This document shows, one piece after another, positions 50,400 to 63,139 of a stretch of 64,000 nt of DNA. Within the stretch, counting starts at the first letter, position 1; the number at the start of each line of letters is the position of its first letter. The position numbers and the translations under genes are program-made. This DNA is from Octopus sinensis (taxonomy: Eukaryota): positions 25,482,001-25,546,000 of the forward strand of contig NC_042999.1 of the NCBI RefSeq assembly GCF_006345805.1. Direction: 5' to 3'. The notes below the pieces were generated by a model. That model saw only the letters and a list, made by a program, of their open reading frames with translations, was not told where the DNA came from and did not search any database.

Positions 50400-51479
50400 A
50401 CAATATAATTTCCAGGAGATGCTGTCTCTGCACCAAGGAATCCCTGCCTACTCTGTGGGCTAATGGGAAGAGCATTAATAGAATTTCTGAAAGACTCTCG
50501 GGATGCCTACACGCATATAAATGTACTTTCGCATAATGCAGTGGAATGAATGTTGAGTAACTGTTAGCATAAGTTAATTTATTTTAAGGTATGGATGACA
50601 TAAGTTTTCTTTTAACCTCCACATTCTTGCCAACACCAAGCACATAGTTAACTTGCTATGTGATCATGTGCCCACCAAACCTCACGCGTGTGTATGCTCA
50701 CATTTTCGCGGATGGTTGTTTGATCAAGTGTACTTATGACATGCAGCTTGTCCGAGGGCATTTATACATCCATATTTGTTAAATGTTATTTTTAATACGT
50801 TTCTCGCTGTATTTCTTGTTCGTTTCTCTTTTTTTACCATCTGTGATTTTATTCTTGTTCTTCTATATAAATGAAGATATTTGCTCCGCCAGGCTGTTTT
50901 ACTTTCTACAAAACGAGAAGTTATATTGCGGAATTAGTATTCTAACGAGTTGTATCTATTTATCACCCGGCGGGAAACAACTGCACCGCCGGATGCTCCT
51001 GAAACAGTTGTTGAATGTCCCATTCATGAGAGATCTATGATAGATGTGATTAATAAATTCTCGTATATTTCATCTTCCGTCTTTCATCTACCACACACAC
51101 ACACACACATACACAAACGCACACACACACACACACACACCACACACACACACACACACTCACACACACACATCATTAAACTTTCTGCCTCTGTGTTCCA
51201 TCTATCTGCTACTTTTTGGATCACTAGAATCCTATCTGCTTGCAGCAGTGTTCCATGTGTTGAAAAGGTGCTTTCTATTTCATTTACAATGTCAAATCTA
51301 GTGTTCCTCAGTGTTTGATTTCATCCCATTCTCTCTTGCTTTGATATATCAAGGACCTACTTGTCTCTACATGCAACAACGCCCACTCTCAGGCATATGA
51401 CGCGATCCTTTGCCTAACTTCTCTGACCTTGCTTTATCCACATATAATTCCAAACTTGCATTGACTTTGTATACCTCGA

Positions 51480-52159
51480 GAGCATTCTCAACTGACACCA
51501 TGCAAATCTGGGTAATTTGAACAGAAAAATTCTCAAGTGATATTGATACGATCCTTCCACCACAGAACGCCCTGCTCGAAACATGTGCAGCAGTAAGCTA
51601 GCGCACTATAGCCACCTTATTCTACGATTCTCACTATGACCCCAGTTCTGTCTTGGGTTAAAGCACATCCTTTGTATGATTAGGAATGTATAACTCCATT
51701 AGTTCTCTCCAGAGCCACGAGATATTTTAGCTTTTAGTAGCTCCTGACACTCTACAATTCTCAAGTGTTACCCATATTAGAGTACTGCACCCATATCTTG
51801 GATGGCGCTACGTTTACATACCCCTTGGATTGTATCCAAAAAAGGACACACACTTGACTAGCATTCTGTTATCAACAAACAACTGCGGTATTTTGGTCTA
51901 AGAACGTGGTGTCTTCTCTGTCTTTGCCATCGCTACTCCGGTGACATGTGCTCCTTGCGGTTAATTGGTCTCATACCTCTGTAATGCTGGCATTCTCCAC
52001 ACACTCACCTTTCCATCTCTCATCCATTGTTGCGTCCAAACCCACAACATTCGTACAAATAACTACACCCAGTTCTTTCTGGGCACCGGTTATTTTGAAT
52101 CTATTACCCTATCATGTCTTTCTTTAGGAATTAATATACAACAGTTCACTGAACTTTGA
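51480..52159 (+). pseudogene. CR1/L2-like LINE 3' ORF2 fragment, heavily decayed
   Basis: QLLTLYNSQV..ILEYCTHILDGA..LDCIQK and IRTNNYTQFF remnants. Confidence 0.6.
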
Positions 52160-53088
52160 CGTCACAGGTCTCGGAGGGCCTACAGGGCATAAATCGGTAA
52201 ATTCTGTATTATTGCGCCCGAGTTCCTTCACCAGAAGGGAAGCACCAACTTCGTACAAATAGATATGTTCTGTAACATGTATTGAACACACTGTTTCTCT
52301 TTGTAAAACTAAAGAAAACTACACGCACACACACACATGTATATATACTCATATATACATATATTTACATATATTTACATATATACATACATATATTTAC
52401 ATATATATGTATGTATATATATATATATGTATATATATATATTTATATATGTATGTATTTATATATATTTATACATACATATATATATATGTGTGTGTGT
52501 GTATACATATACACACACATATAGTTAAATTTCGGGATGGGTCGTTTTTCGCTCTTGCTAAATAAACACAAGTACTGTTTATTCGTTCTTCACTCGTTTC
52601 TTACTGTCCTTAGCATTTCTGGACAATGGACAGCAGTTAAAATAATAATAATAATAATAAACGAGTGAAGAACGAATATATAGTGAGTGTGTTTATTTAG
52701 CACTCGGAAGCTTACAACAGAAACTCATGAACGTATGTATATACACATGATGGCTGCCCCCTCGTTATCGAGTATGGCCATTGCACGAGGCTTAACTGTT
52801 ATTGGTGCTATGGTCGAATGTGAAATTTATTTGCTTTTTAAGGCTACAGCCAGCCATTCAGTTGAGACTCACAGCACCATCAACAATCATGAACAATGTA
52901 ACATGTAACCCAGTACGACCTGTTGCATGGTCTGGCCGTCGGCGACTAAACCGGCAACCCCACCAAGCTTGCTTGGTGAGGAGGATATTTATGTATATAC
53001 ACATATATATATAAATATATATATATATGTGTGTGTATAGGGAGCTGGGAGGGAAGCAGAAATAGACAGAGTGAGAGAGAGAGAGAGA

Positions 53089-53120
<32 letters not shown>

Positions 53121-53260
53121 AAGAAAACAAGAAGGAGAGAGAGAAAGACGGTGGTGTTTTACAAAAGCTTTTTAAATTGTAAAAAACAACATATATTACA
53201 TGCTGAAATCGCCAGCGTGAGAAGAGTCACTCCATTTTCCTTGGAAACCTATATATATAT

Positions 53261-53486
53261 TATTTCTTTACTGCCCACAAGGGGATAAACATAGAGGGGA
53301 CAAACAAGGACAGACAAAAGGATTAAGTCGATTACATCGACCTCAGTGCGTAACTGGTACTTATTTAATCGACCCCGGAAGGATGAAAGGCAAAGTCGAC
53401 CTCGGAGGAATTTGAACTCAGAACATAACGGCAGACGAAATACTGCTAAGCATTTTGCCTGGCACGCTAACGTTTCTGCCAGCTCG
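53261..53486 (-). mobile_element. SINE family C monomer, well preserved
   Basis: Nearly colinear with 29762-30000, including the GTAAAGAAATA tail. Confidence 0.9.
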
Positions 53487-54242
53487 TATTATGGTACACT
53501 CTCCTCGTATATGTCAATCATAATTGCAGTACCAAACAAAACTTTTATGCCTTTTGTTCCAATTCATGCAGCTAGATTGAGAAAAATAGTTACTGTTTGC
53601 CATACCAAGAAGTTACATAGAAAGTATCAGAGTGATAATTTAATTCAACACTAATTCAACAATAATTTCATTCAACACTAGCTTATTATCTACCACCCAA
53701 TAAAAACATCATAAACGAATGGATTACATTTATGTTAACTATGTGCAAATTTCCGATCAAACAATATAATTTATTTATTGAAATTACGTGAAATTTCGTT
53801 CAATTCGGCTAGGTTTTGAGTCCATGTTTTTGTACGTTTTCCTAAGTGATATAAGCTGCAAAGGTGGAACGCTTTGGCAATACGCTGGTAATTGAAACAA
53901 ATGGAGGTTGTAGCAGTTTCCCTCTCACTCTATAACACATTTATGAGATAAAGAAGCAATATGTATGTGAAAGAATACTCGAAAAGTTGTCATATGACCT
54001 ATGGGTAAACAATTAAGTAATATTTAGAGACGTGTGTGTAGTGTTGCAATATTAACAGAAATGTAGATTCATAATTCAAATTCACAACAAAATACCTAAG
54101 ACACAACATTTGATAAGAAGCCATATGATAAGAAAGCCATAGACCTATGGATGGAGAATAGGTCATAAAAATATGTATATATACATACATTCATGCACAT
54201 ACACATACATTAACACATACATATATATATAAACATGTATGT

Positions 54243-54423
54243 ATGCATTTTTTCTCTCCTTTTTCTCTCCTTTTTTTCTCTCTTTTTTCTGTGTCCTTTT
54301 CTGTAGAAGAGCGTAGGCTCGAAACGTTAAATACTTTTTGTATTCCCGAGTGTTATACTAATACATCAGTTTGTTTTGTACACCACCTGTCTTCGTCTTT
54401 TGTTTTTTTCGTAAACTCTCCCT
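54243..54423 (+). mobile_element. Hammerhead-bearing repeat, family P1
   Basis: Motif TTTT CTGTAGA A GAGC GTAG GCTC GAAA CGT T AAAT at 54297-54332. Confidence 0.85.
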
Positions 54424-54597
54424 ATGTGTATATGTATATATATGCGATTTTTTGTTATCCACAAGGGGCTATACAAGTATATATACATATATATATGCAC
54501 ACACACACACGCATATATATATATATATAATATATATATATACAAACGTATTCTCAATAAAACTACATAGATATCAGAATGTTGTTTTTAATATTTC

Positions 54598-54780
54598 GTT
54601 TTGGGATTTGGTTTGCAAGATTCTTTATATGAGTTCGTGTGTTGAAGCATATTGTGTTGTGTCTGGGGAGAGTCATTTTCTTTTTGTGCCTTATAATGTA
54701 ACATTCTCACTGGTAAAATTTCCACTTATTTTTTATATTTATTTTCCTAAAATCTTCGTTGCGTCTTGCAACCTTTTCAA
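54598..54780 (-). mobile_element. Dispersed repeat family P6
   Basis: Reverse complement of 13379-13560. Confidence 0.8.
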
Positions 54781-55091
54781 TTGTCTGTTTTTAATAGGTT
54801 AGTCATAATTAGAAGTTGTTGAAGTTCACTGTTTGGCTGCTTGAGAGTCAGCAATATTCACATTTATAAATCGTTGTTTAATTTACAAATGCGTAATCTC
54901 ATTTTTCTAATGTAGTTAACTTAGAGGATTGTTCAAAAAGAACATTACAGTATAGTAGCCATCACAGCATGTAAAATGAAATAACTTCAGAAATTGTTAA
55001 TGCTTGTCATGCTGTTGTAGTCAAGAAAATGCATTGTAGAGATTTTGTGTTGAGTGAAACGTGGGGAATCAGTGTTCACTGTATGTGTCAG

Positions 55092-55301
55092 GAAGTCCGG
55101 GGTGGCGGCGGCGGCGGAAGGAGTAATTATCCTCAGTCAGAAGGTCTAAAACGAAAGCTTGAAGTGAATAAGATTCTTCGAGAGGTCAAGCAGTGTGGCC
55201 CAGAGCGGAACGACACATTGAAACTACTAACTGAGAAGAGGAAACGTTTTTCCGACGAGATTCTACAGACTTGTATCAACCAGAAAAGAACAAAAGGAAT
55301 A
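55092..55301 (+). CDS. Candidate exon, unknown protein (EVRGGGGGGRSNYPQ..NQKRTKGI)
   Basis: TGTGTCAG acceptor, perfect A|GTAAGT donor, 210 bp phase 0-0 inside a 106-codon non-repetitive ORF. Confidence 0.4.
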
Positions 55302-55665
55302 GTAAGTCTTCTCGACCACTATAATATAACAGGAAAATATGTCTTCTAGGTCAACAACGACGACAAAAATAACAAGAACAATAACAACAACAGGAAGATA
55401 TATTTGTGCATTAAATCATTACGATTCTAAAAGATTTGCATTTTATTTAGAAAAAAAAACGAGAAAAAGAAAGAAAACAAAGATAATAATAAAAGATAAA
55501 AACATACCGGCTTATAGAAATTAGAGAATTCAATTTGCGATTGGATGACGTTTCAACTGAAAAACATTGTGGTATATTTTAATGGAAGTTCATGTCCGGA
55601 AACAAACCTGTTGAATGCAAGAAATACATTGACGGTTAATAGGAGGGTTAAACTGGAGTTTTAGT

Positions 55666-55730
<65 letters not shown>

Positions 55731-55876
55731 GTACATTTAAACACAAAAGAGCTGAGCCTTAACAAGTCGCCTTATATACTAGAAAGAACAGTCAAAAAGT
55801 CCAAACCACAGTTAAGAGCAATTTCGAAGGGAAAGAAAAATAAAACATTTACCATATTTTACAGCCGGATCTTACG

Positions 55877-55924
<48 letters not shown>

Positions 55925-56127
55925 ATATATGCATATACATATATGTATACACGCGCACACAGACATATGTGTGTATATACGCACTTCACACTTACAGTCA
56001 TATGTTTGTGTACCCATGTGTGTATGTTTGTATTATGTGTATGTGTGTGTCCGTGTCTGTCTGTCTGTGTCTGTGATAGACTGATAGTTTGTCGAAGGAA
56101 ATACTTTACTATTCAAAAGAAAATGAA

Positions 56128-56342
56128 CGCAGCGAGCTAAGCACAATTGTTAGCATGATGGCCAAAATGCTTTGCGCCATTTCTTCCAGGTTTTTACATT
56201 TTTTGCGTTGAAATTCCGCCATGGCTGACTTTGATTTCCATTTCTTGCAGCTCGTTATAACATGTATCAGCCAAGTACTGGAGTCGATGAATTGATATGC
56301 CCTCTCATCAAATTGCTAGTTTTGTGCCAAAATCAGGAAGAA
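56128..56342 (+). mobile_element. SINE family C, degraded
   Basis: AAATTCCGCC..GACTTTG..GTACTGGAGTCGAT..TTGTGCCAAAAT. Confidence 0.6.
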
Positions 56343-56970
56343 CTACTTATAAAATAAAATTTATAGAAATAAGCCAAATTTATTAATAATTAAATTTTAT
56401 TATGTGTCTCAGGCTAATGTTAAATGGAATGGAATATCAGAAGTTTTTAAAGAATAGGTTTTTCTTATTCCCTTAAATGCACTTCAGTCATGAACAATTT
56501 TGTGAAATGTAGTTACTATGGGCTTATATAAGTAAATATTCCATTTTTGTGAGAGGGTAGTGTATGATCAGAGAGGGATTTCACACTTCTTTCTAGTAGA
56601 CTAGTGCTATTATTAGTTCTATACAGAACAGAGGTTACAAATTTCTTGTCAGAAACTCCTAGTGATCGCTTGCCATGCTAAAACTATCTGCCAGATATGT
56701 CTTTAAAAAAACATCACATCGTCTCAAAAATACAGAACTCGTTAATCGTTTACATTTATAATTAAATAAGATGGGTTTATGAGAAATGACGTGATTGTTG
56801 CATTTGATATCTCATTGATCATAAAAATGTTCGATCTAATGTTGAGTTAAAAAGCAGCGACAAAACAACAACGAACCACCGGCATAGATGGTGCGATCTC
56901 GCTTTTCCTGCTTCATTATTTTAGCCGAAAACTCAACAGCAACAGCACAATGAGTAAGGTTGCCTTAGAT

Positions 56971-59066
56971 CAGAGTTTCTCAACATGGGTATGTCGAGGT
57001 GAATGGCGAGATAGCATAATTAACTTGCTAAGGTTACCTATATTAGTAATTAAATTATACTTATTAAAACTAGTAATCGTCATTAAAATAAAATGAGGGA
57101 TAAGTATATATCGCGGCTAAAGACATCTTTGAACAAGAATAATCAATATGATATATTTCTGCCTTGAACTGTATATTTTAGGCCTGCAGTCTTGCTTGTT
57201 CTCTTCGTATATTGTGATCTCAAATAGATTTTGTTTCGTCGTATCATTATATACAATTGCTGGTTATGTTTCCTTTTTAAAAAAATCATATGTTGAAAAA
57301 GAAAGTGAGTCATTAGTCAAGTGAATATGTAAAATACGGGTTTATTCCATCCATAAATAATGAGCTATTGACCCTATGATTAATATATGAAAAAACGTTT
57401 ACAAAAAAAAAAGAAAAAATTAAAAACCGTCTTATTTTCAAAGGCTTGTTAACCAAACAAAACAGGCAAATATAGAAGGGGTTGGTTATGTCTTATGTAC
57501 TTTCAAAATTTATTGCAAAATGTCGAAAACCATTAGCGAAACACTTGTCTTACCAGCCATAAATGAAGTTTTGGATACTATGATTTGCCCACGAAAAATT
57601 GATGTAACACTGTCAATTCTCAGTAATAGATGACATACCAAAAGATGTAGAGAGTAAACAATGAGATGCCTTAAAAAAAAAGAAGATTTTTATTCATAAC
57701 TTTACGAGACAATGTATATTTGCTAATGGTTTACGTATGTTATGTAAATGCAATACAGGAAATTATTGAAGAGTTTGTGGTAAACAAATGGTACTTGAAA
57801 TACATGTTCTAAAATTTTCAAGTTTGTTAAAGACTTTTTTAATGCTAAGAATATTCCTCGCACAACTATCATTCCATGTGCAACAGATGACGTGAAAGAT
57901 AGGGTTGGCCGCTATCGCGGATTTGTAGTACATCCAAAGGAAGCATTTCCACGTGTATTTGCTGTTCATTTTGTTATTCATCGACAACACTTAGCTGCGA
58001 AATATCTTAGTGGTAAACTACATAACGCGTTGACTGAGATAATTAAAATAGTAAATAAAATCAAAACCACTTCCCTGAATGACATTATCGTTTGGAATCT
58101 TTACTATGAAAGAGAATTTAATCGCCTGTTTTTATATACTGATGTGCGATGGCTCTCAAAGAGAAATTGTTAAAATTGCTTTTATGATCTTTATGATACT
58201 GTTTTAGAATGAATTTCTTAATTCATATGATGAGGACATTTATAAAAATCTAAGCAACGAAAGACATTTTCTCTAAATTAAATGAATTTAACATTTAGTT
58301 GCAAGGGAATAATAAGAATTTAATTAAAGTAAAGGGAATTATAAACACATCTATCAGCAAATTAGAATTTTTTACAGTTTCCAAGCCCACACAGAATAGA
58401 AAACAATGATAGCAGTTTAATATTATACACGGATATTGATTGCTATTTTCGCATCTGCAGACATTGAAAGAAGACTTAATGATCAGGTTTAAAGATTTTT
58501 CCTGATCTTAAAGTACTTGATTGGGTCATAAATCCATTTCTTTCTGATGTCTCTTCTGCTCAACTAAATTTACATCAAGTAATTATCGACTTAAAAAAAC
58601 GATCCTGTATCTCAAGTATATTTTCAACAGCTTGGTTATGAATCTGTTTGGCCCCAAATGCAAAGCAAGTATTCTCAAATTTGGCAAGAAAATAAATTAT
58701 TGTTCATTGATTTTCATTGATCTTATTTAGTATAGAAAAAATTCAGCGTGGCATTGCAATTGCTAACTAAGCATCGAAATAAATTTGCAATCAGTCAAAG
58801 AGGGAACATACGACTTCTTTTGACTCACATTGAATCTGATATAAAAAAATTAGCTAGATCTCATCAGGCACAAGGAAATCATTAACTTCCAATATGTGAA
58901 GTAAATTTTCAACTTTTGTCATTATACGTTTTTTATATCTCCTTCTTGAAGTAAAATTTATAAATTATCATCCATGTTAAATTAATTTAGTCCTGATGAT
59001 CTAATCGCCACTAGGCAGAATAACGACTTAAAAAGGGACGCTACAAAAATGGGTTAACAACCACTG
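56971..59066 (+). mobile_element. Complete decayed hAT transposon, Buster type
   Basis: Ends CAGAGTTTCTCAAC and rc CAGTGGTTGTTAAC; TSDs CCTTAGAT / CCTTATGT fit the NNNTANNN pattern. Confidence 0.85.
57290..58885 (+). pseudogene. hAT (Buster/ZBED8-like) transposase pseudogene
   Basis: EYVKYGFIPS; HFVIHRQHLAAK; LYTDVRWLSK; C-terminus LLTKHRNK..RLLLTHIESDIKKL..HQAQGNH*; multiple stops and frameshifts. Confidence 0.9.
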
Positions 59067-59861
59067 CCTTATGTACATTGTTAATAAAGAATAAACAGGA
59101 TGGTCGCAATTAGTTTCCCTTTGCTCATCAAAACTTTATTAAATTCATATTAAAACGTAAAACATTGTGTGTCGACGAACGCTTTTTTGTATACTATTTA
59201 GAAAGGCGAGCGTTGTGTAAAAATATCTAAAATATCATAGAATATCACCACGTGTTATGAAGTATTTACGAAAGTAGCATATAGATACAAGTATTGCAAG
59301 ATGGCGAAGTAAATACGAAGCGAAAGAAATTAATGAAAATTCTGCTTTTACTCAAACTAACCTAGAGCTAATACCACTATCGCCATAAAAAAAACCACAA
59401 CTAGAATGGCAACAAAATAACTTTAAATCCAACAACGTCTATATATTTGCAAACATGATTCTTGAGGTCACAATTCTAGCAAAAGGTAAACATTGTTCCA
59501 TAAAATAAAACAATTTTATGAGAATTTTTTAATGGCCGACGGAAACATTAAGTTTTGAAAAGTTGCTCAACATAAATGTTTTTTTTAGCTTTACTTTCGT
59601 TAAATTAATGTAGTAGTGTGTATGTATGAGGATATGTATGTAGCTACGCCTACATAAAGGAGAAGTGCTCACACATAAAATTCATGGTTCTATATAGGTT
59701 AAAATACTCAGTGTAGAAGTAACGCGAAAATATTGATTGTAGGGAAAAGACTGCAGTGTAACGATGATCTGTGAATTGATCAGTATGTATTACGTGATCA
59801 GAGACGGTCACTAAACCGGGAATCGTAAAACATTATAACTTCAATACTACAATACCTACAC

Positions 59862-59892
<31 letters not shown>

Positions 59893-59905
59893 CACAGACA
59901 CACAG

Positions 59906-59939
<34 letters not shown>

Positions 59940-60071
59940 ACACAGACACACAGACACACACACACACACACATAAACGCATGTATACAAATGTACGTGCA
60001 TGTTATGTTGCTTAGTTTATATACATGTACGTTTATACGGGATTATTCTTTATAATTACATAAACACGCAT

Positions 60072-60692
<621 letters not shown>

Positions 60693-60706
60693 TACACACA
60701 CACACA

Positions 60707-60813
<107 letters not shown>

Positions 60814-61080
60814 CATTTATACATTGTATATATAAACCACAAATAGTTGGGAGTGTGAGAGGCGAATGCATTTATTTAACCGCTTATTATGCTTAAGATT
60901 ACGTCTGTTTCGCAGCCTTAATCGCGTAATAATAATTTCATTGCATGATAAATTGCCCTACATACCTGCATTAATATGCATGCTATGCATTATGTAATAC
61001 ACTTGTATATTAACAAAATAGTGCAGATACAGAAATCAAGCCCATCAGATTATTAGAACATCATGATTGTACCGATCAGT

Positions 61081-61127
<47 letters not shown>

Positions 61128-61229
61128 GGAGTAAACACATAAATGTGAAACAAGGTGGAAAAAAGAGTAATCAAATACCAGTGGTAGAGTAATATGCTTT
61201 ATTTAAAGCAGCAGAAAATTCAACAAAAT

Positions 61230-61267
61230 CTGTTACTCTGAGTTTCTCGTTGCCGTTCATCAGACAG
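61230..61267 (-). ncRNA. Minimal type I hammerhead motif, canonical core
   Basis: CTGT CTGATGA ACG GCAA CGA GAAA CTC A GAG T A ACAG; stems I and III perfect, the base pair closing stem II is an A-A mismatch. Confidence 0.7.
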
Positions 61268-61289
61268 TTTTGCCAGATTCTAGCAAAAA

Positions 61290-61327
61290 CTATCTGATGA
61301 ACAGCAATGGGAAACTCAGAGTAACAG
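61290..61327 (+). ncRNA. Minimal type I hammerhead motif, second arm
   Basis: CTAT CTGATGA ACA GCAA TGG GAAA CTC A GAG T A ACAG; one mismatch each in stems I and II. Confidence 0.6.
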
Positions 61328-61369
61328 ATTTTGTTGAATTTTCTGCTGCTTTAAATAAAGTATATATAA

Positions 61370-61422
61370 TGGCGGTGCCCCAGCATGGCCACAGCTCATG
61401 AGCTGAAACTAGAATCAATCAA
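61370..61422 (+). mobile_element. Isolated SINE 3' tail fragment
   Basis: TGGCGGTGCCCCAGCATGGCCACAGCTC..GAGCTGAAACTA; same as 6192-6250. Confidence 0.75.
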
Positions 61423-61424
61423 TC

Positions 61425-61476
<52 letters not shown>

Positions 61477-61822
61477 TTTATATATATATATATCCACCTC
61501 TCTTATCTCTGGATATTTTAGAGTTAGTATATATAATTTCACAAAAGGGATCTTCTGGAGTTCAGCTGCATAGAACTCTTCATTATATCGTCCGTACTAG
61601 ATTACTATGTTTTGTTTAGATGGGATCTGCCACAGGAGACTTACATGTTATCCAGTGGATCCTATGAGTCCATATATTATACAACGCCTAAAATAACCTA
61701 CTCAACTTCCCAAGTAAGCGTCCAGCTAATGCCTATTTGTAATATATACCTTTTTATCTCTGCTTTTATGCTGTTATAGTAAATTATATATACAGATATT
61801 GGTATTTATATATACATATATA

Positions 61823-61968
61823 TAGGGAGAATTCACGAATAAAACAAGATGAAGACAGGTGGTGTAGAAAACAAACAGATGTATTAGTATAACGCTCGGG
61901 TATTGAAAAAGTATTTAACGTTTCGAGCCTACGCTCTTCCACAGAAAGTAACACAGATTTTTTTTACG
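61823..61968 (-). mobile_element. Hammerhead-bearing repeat, family P1
   Basis: Motif CTTT CTGTGGA A GAGC GTAG GCTC GAAA CGT T AAAT at 61913-61948. Confidence 0.85.
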
Positions 61969-62302
61969 TGAGGAGGAAATTAAAGCAAAGGCGTGAGAAG
62001 AAGAAAATATGCGAGGTGGGAGAAGAAAATAAAAACAGAGAAAGAAGCGATGGAGATGGAACAAATAGAGAGAAAGTGGGGAGAAAGGGAGAAGAGAAGA
62101 CGAAAGGAGAAAAGAAATGTAGGGAGAGGGAGGCAAAGTAACAGGTGGAGATTACAGAGAACAGAGTAAGAACAGCCAGAGTAGCAAGAAAGGACAAAAG
62201 GAATGAACAGAAAGTACAGGAAAGTTTAGAAAGTATAAAAATAATAACATTAATAATAGTTCTACCTAAAGTTCAAAGAGTTCAAATGTTTCAGACGTCG
62301 TG

Positions 62303-62333
<31 letters not shown>

Positions 62334-62360
62334 CGAATATATATATATATTTATACATAC

Positions 62361-62431
<71 letters not shown>

Positions 62432-62514
62432 GTATGCATATATATACAGACACACACATACACACACTCACACACACAGATATATATATGTATATATATA
62501 TATATATATATATT
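62303..62514. repeat. (TG)n/(TA)n/(CA)n microsatellite block
   Basis: Directly visible. Confidence 0.9.
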
Positions 62515-62904
62515 TAGCGCCATGAAGTTAGTAATTCCAATTCATTTTCCGATCATTCAGTTTCGCATTTCGGTCAAGCAATTTAGCATTCAAATGAGTC
62601 TGAATGCGACCGAGCGTCTTTTCGAGCATTCAAATTCGCAAGTGATTATTCGTGTTCGGAATAAGTTTATTCAATTTAGCACTAATTTTACATGTACTTT
62701 TAGTCATATTCTGAGAAGTGAATGTCAAAAATGTTTTGTCATGGAAATTTTATTATGTTGTTATAGCTACAAGGAAGAAATAAATTACGCCATGCTTCTA
62801 ACACCATGGCGATAATTTTTTTCGCCACTTTGAATGACCCGATTATCAAATTGCATGATAGACGATTGAATAGGAATTCAAAATTCTATATTAAATCAAT
62901 CACA

Positions 62905-62994
62905 GCTGAACTTACCAATCGGTTTCGCGTAAAGAATACAATGGAGTGTTAGATAATAATCCGATTATGTAACTTTACGCTGATAAGAGTTAGC
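62905..62994 (-). ncRNA. Decayed type I hammerhead with long stem II, in the Penelope 3' region
   Basis: GCTAACT CTTATCA GCGTAAAG..CTTTACGC GAAA CC GATT GGT A AGTTCAGC: all three helices intact, core has G5T and G8C. Confidence 0.6.
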
Positions 62995-63139
62995 CGATAT
63001 GGAAGGGAATATGGCGACTGCTCTCTATTGTCGGAGGTGGATTAGCACAAGCGATCAGCGGCTGCTGTGCGAAAAGGTGGTGAAACGAAAAAGGGTCAGG
63101 GGATAACATTAGGACTTATGTCCCTTGGTTGGGTATACT

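Larger units (their letters stand above)
61126..61360. mobile_element. Repeat P2 ending in a 164-bp palindrome with a hammerhead in each arm
   Basis: Arms 61197-61273 and 61283-61360; (TA)n flanks. Confidence 0.8.

Noticed and set aside
57892-58173. Domesticated ZBED/SCAND3-like host gene
   Set aside because: The surrounding transposase has many stops and frameshifts, and the element retains its TIRs and TSD.
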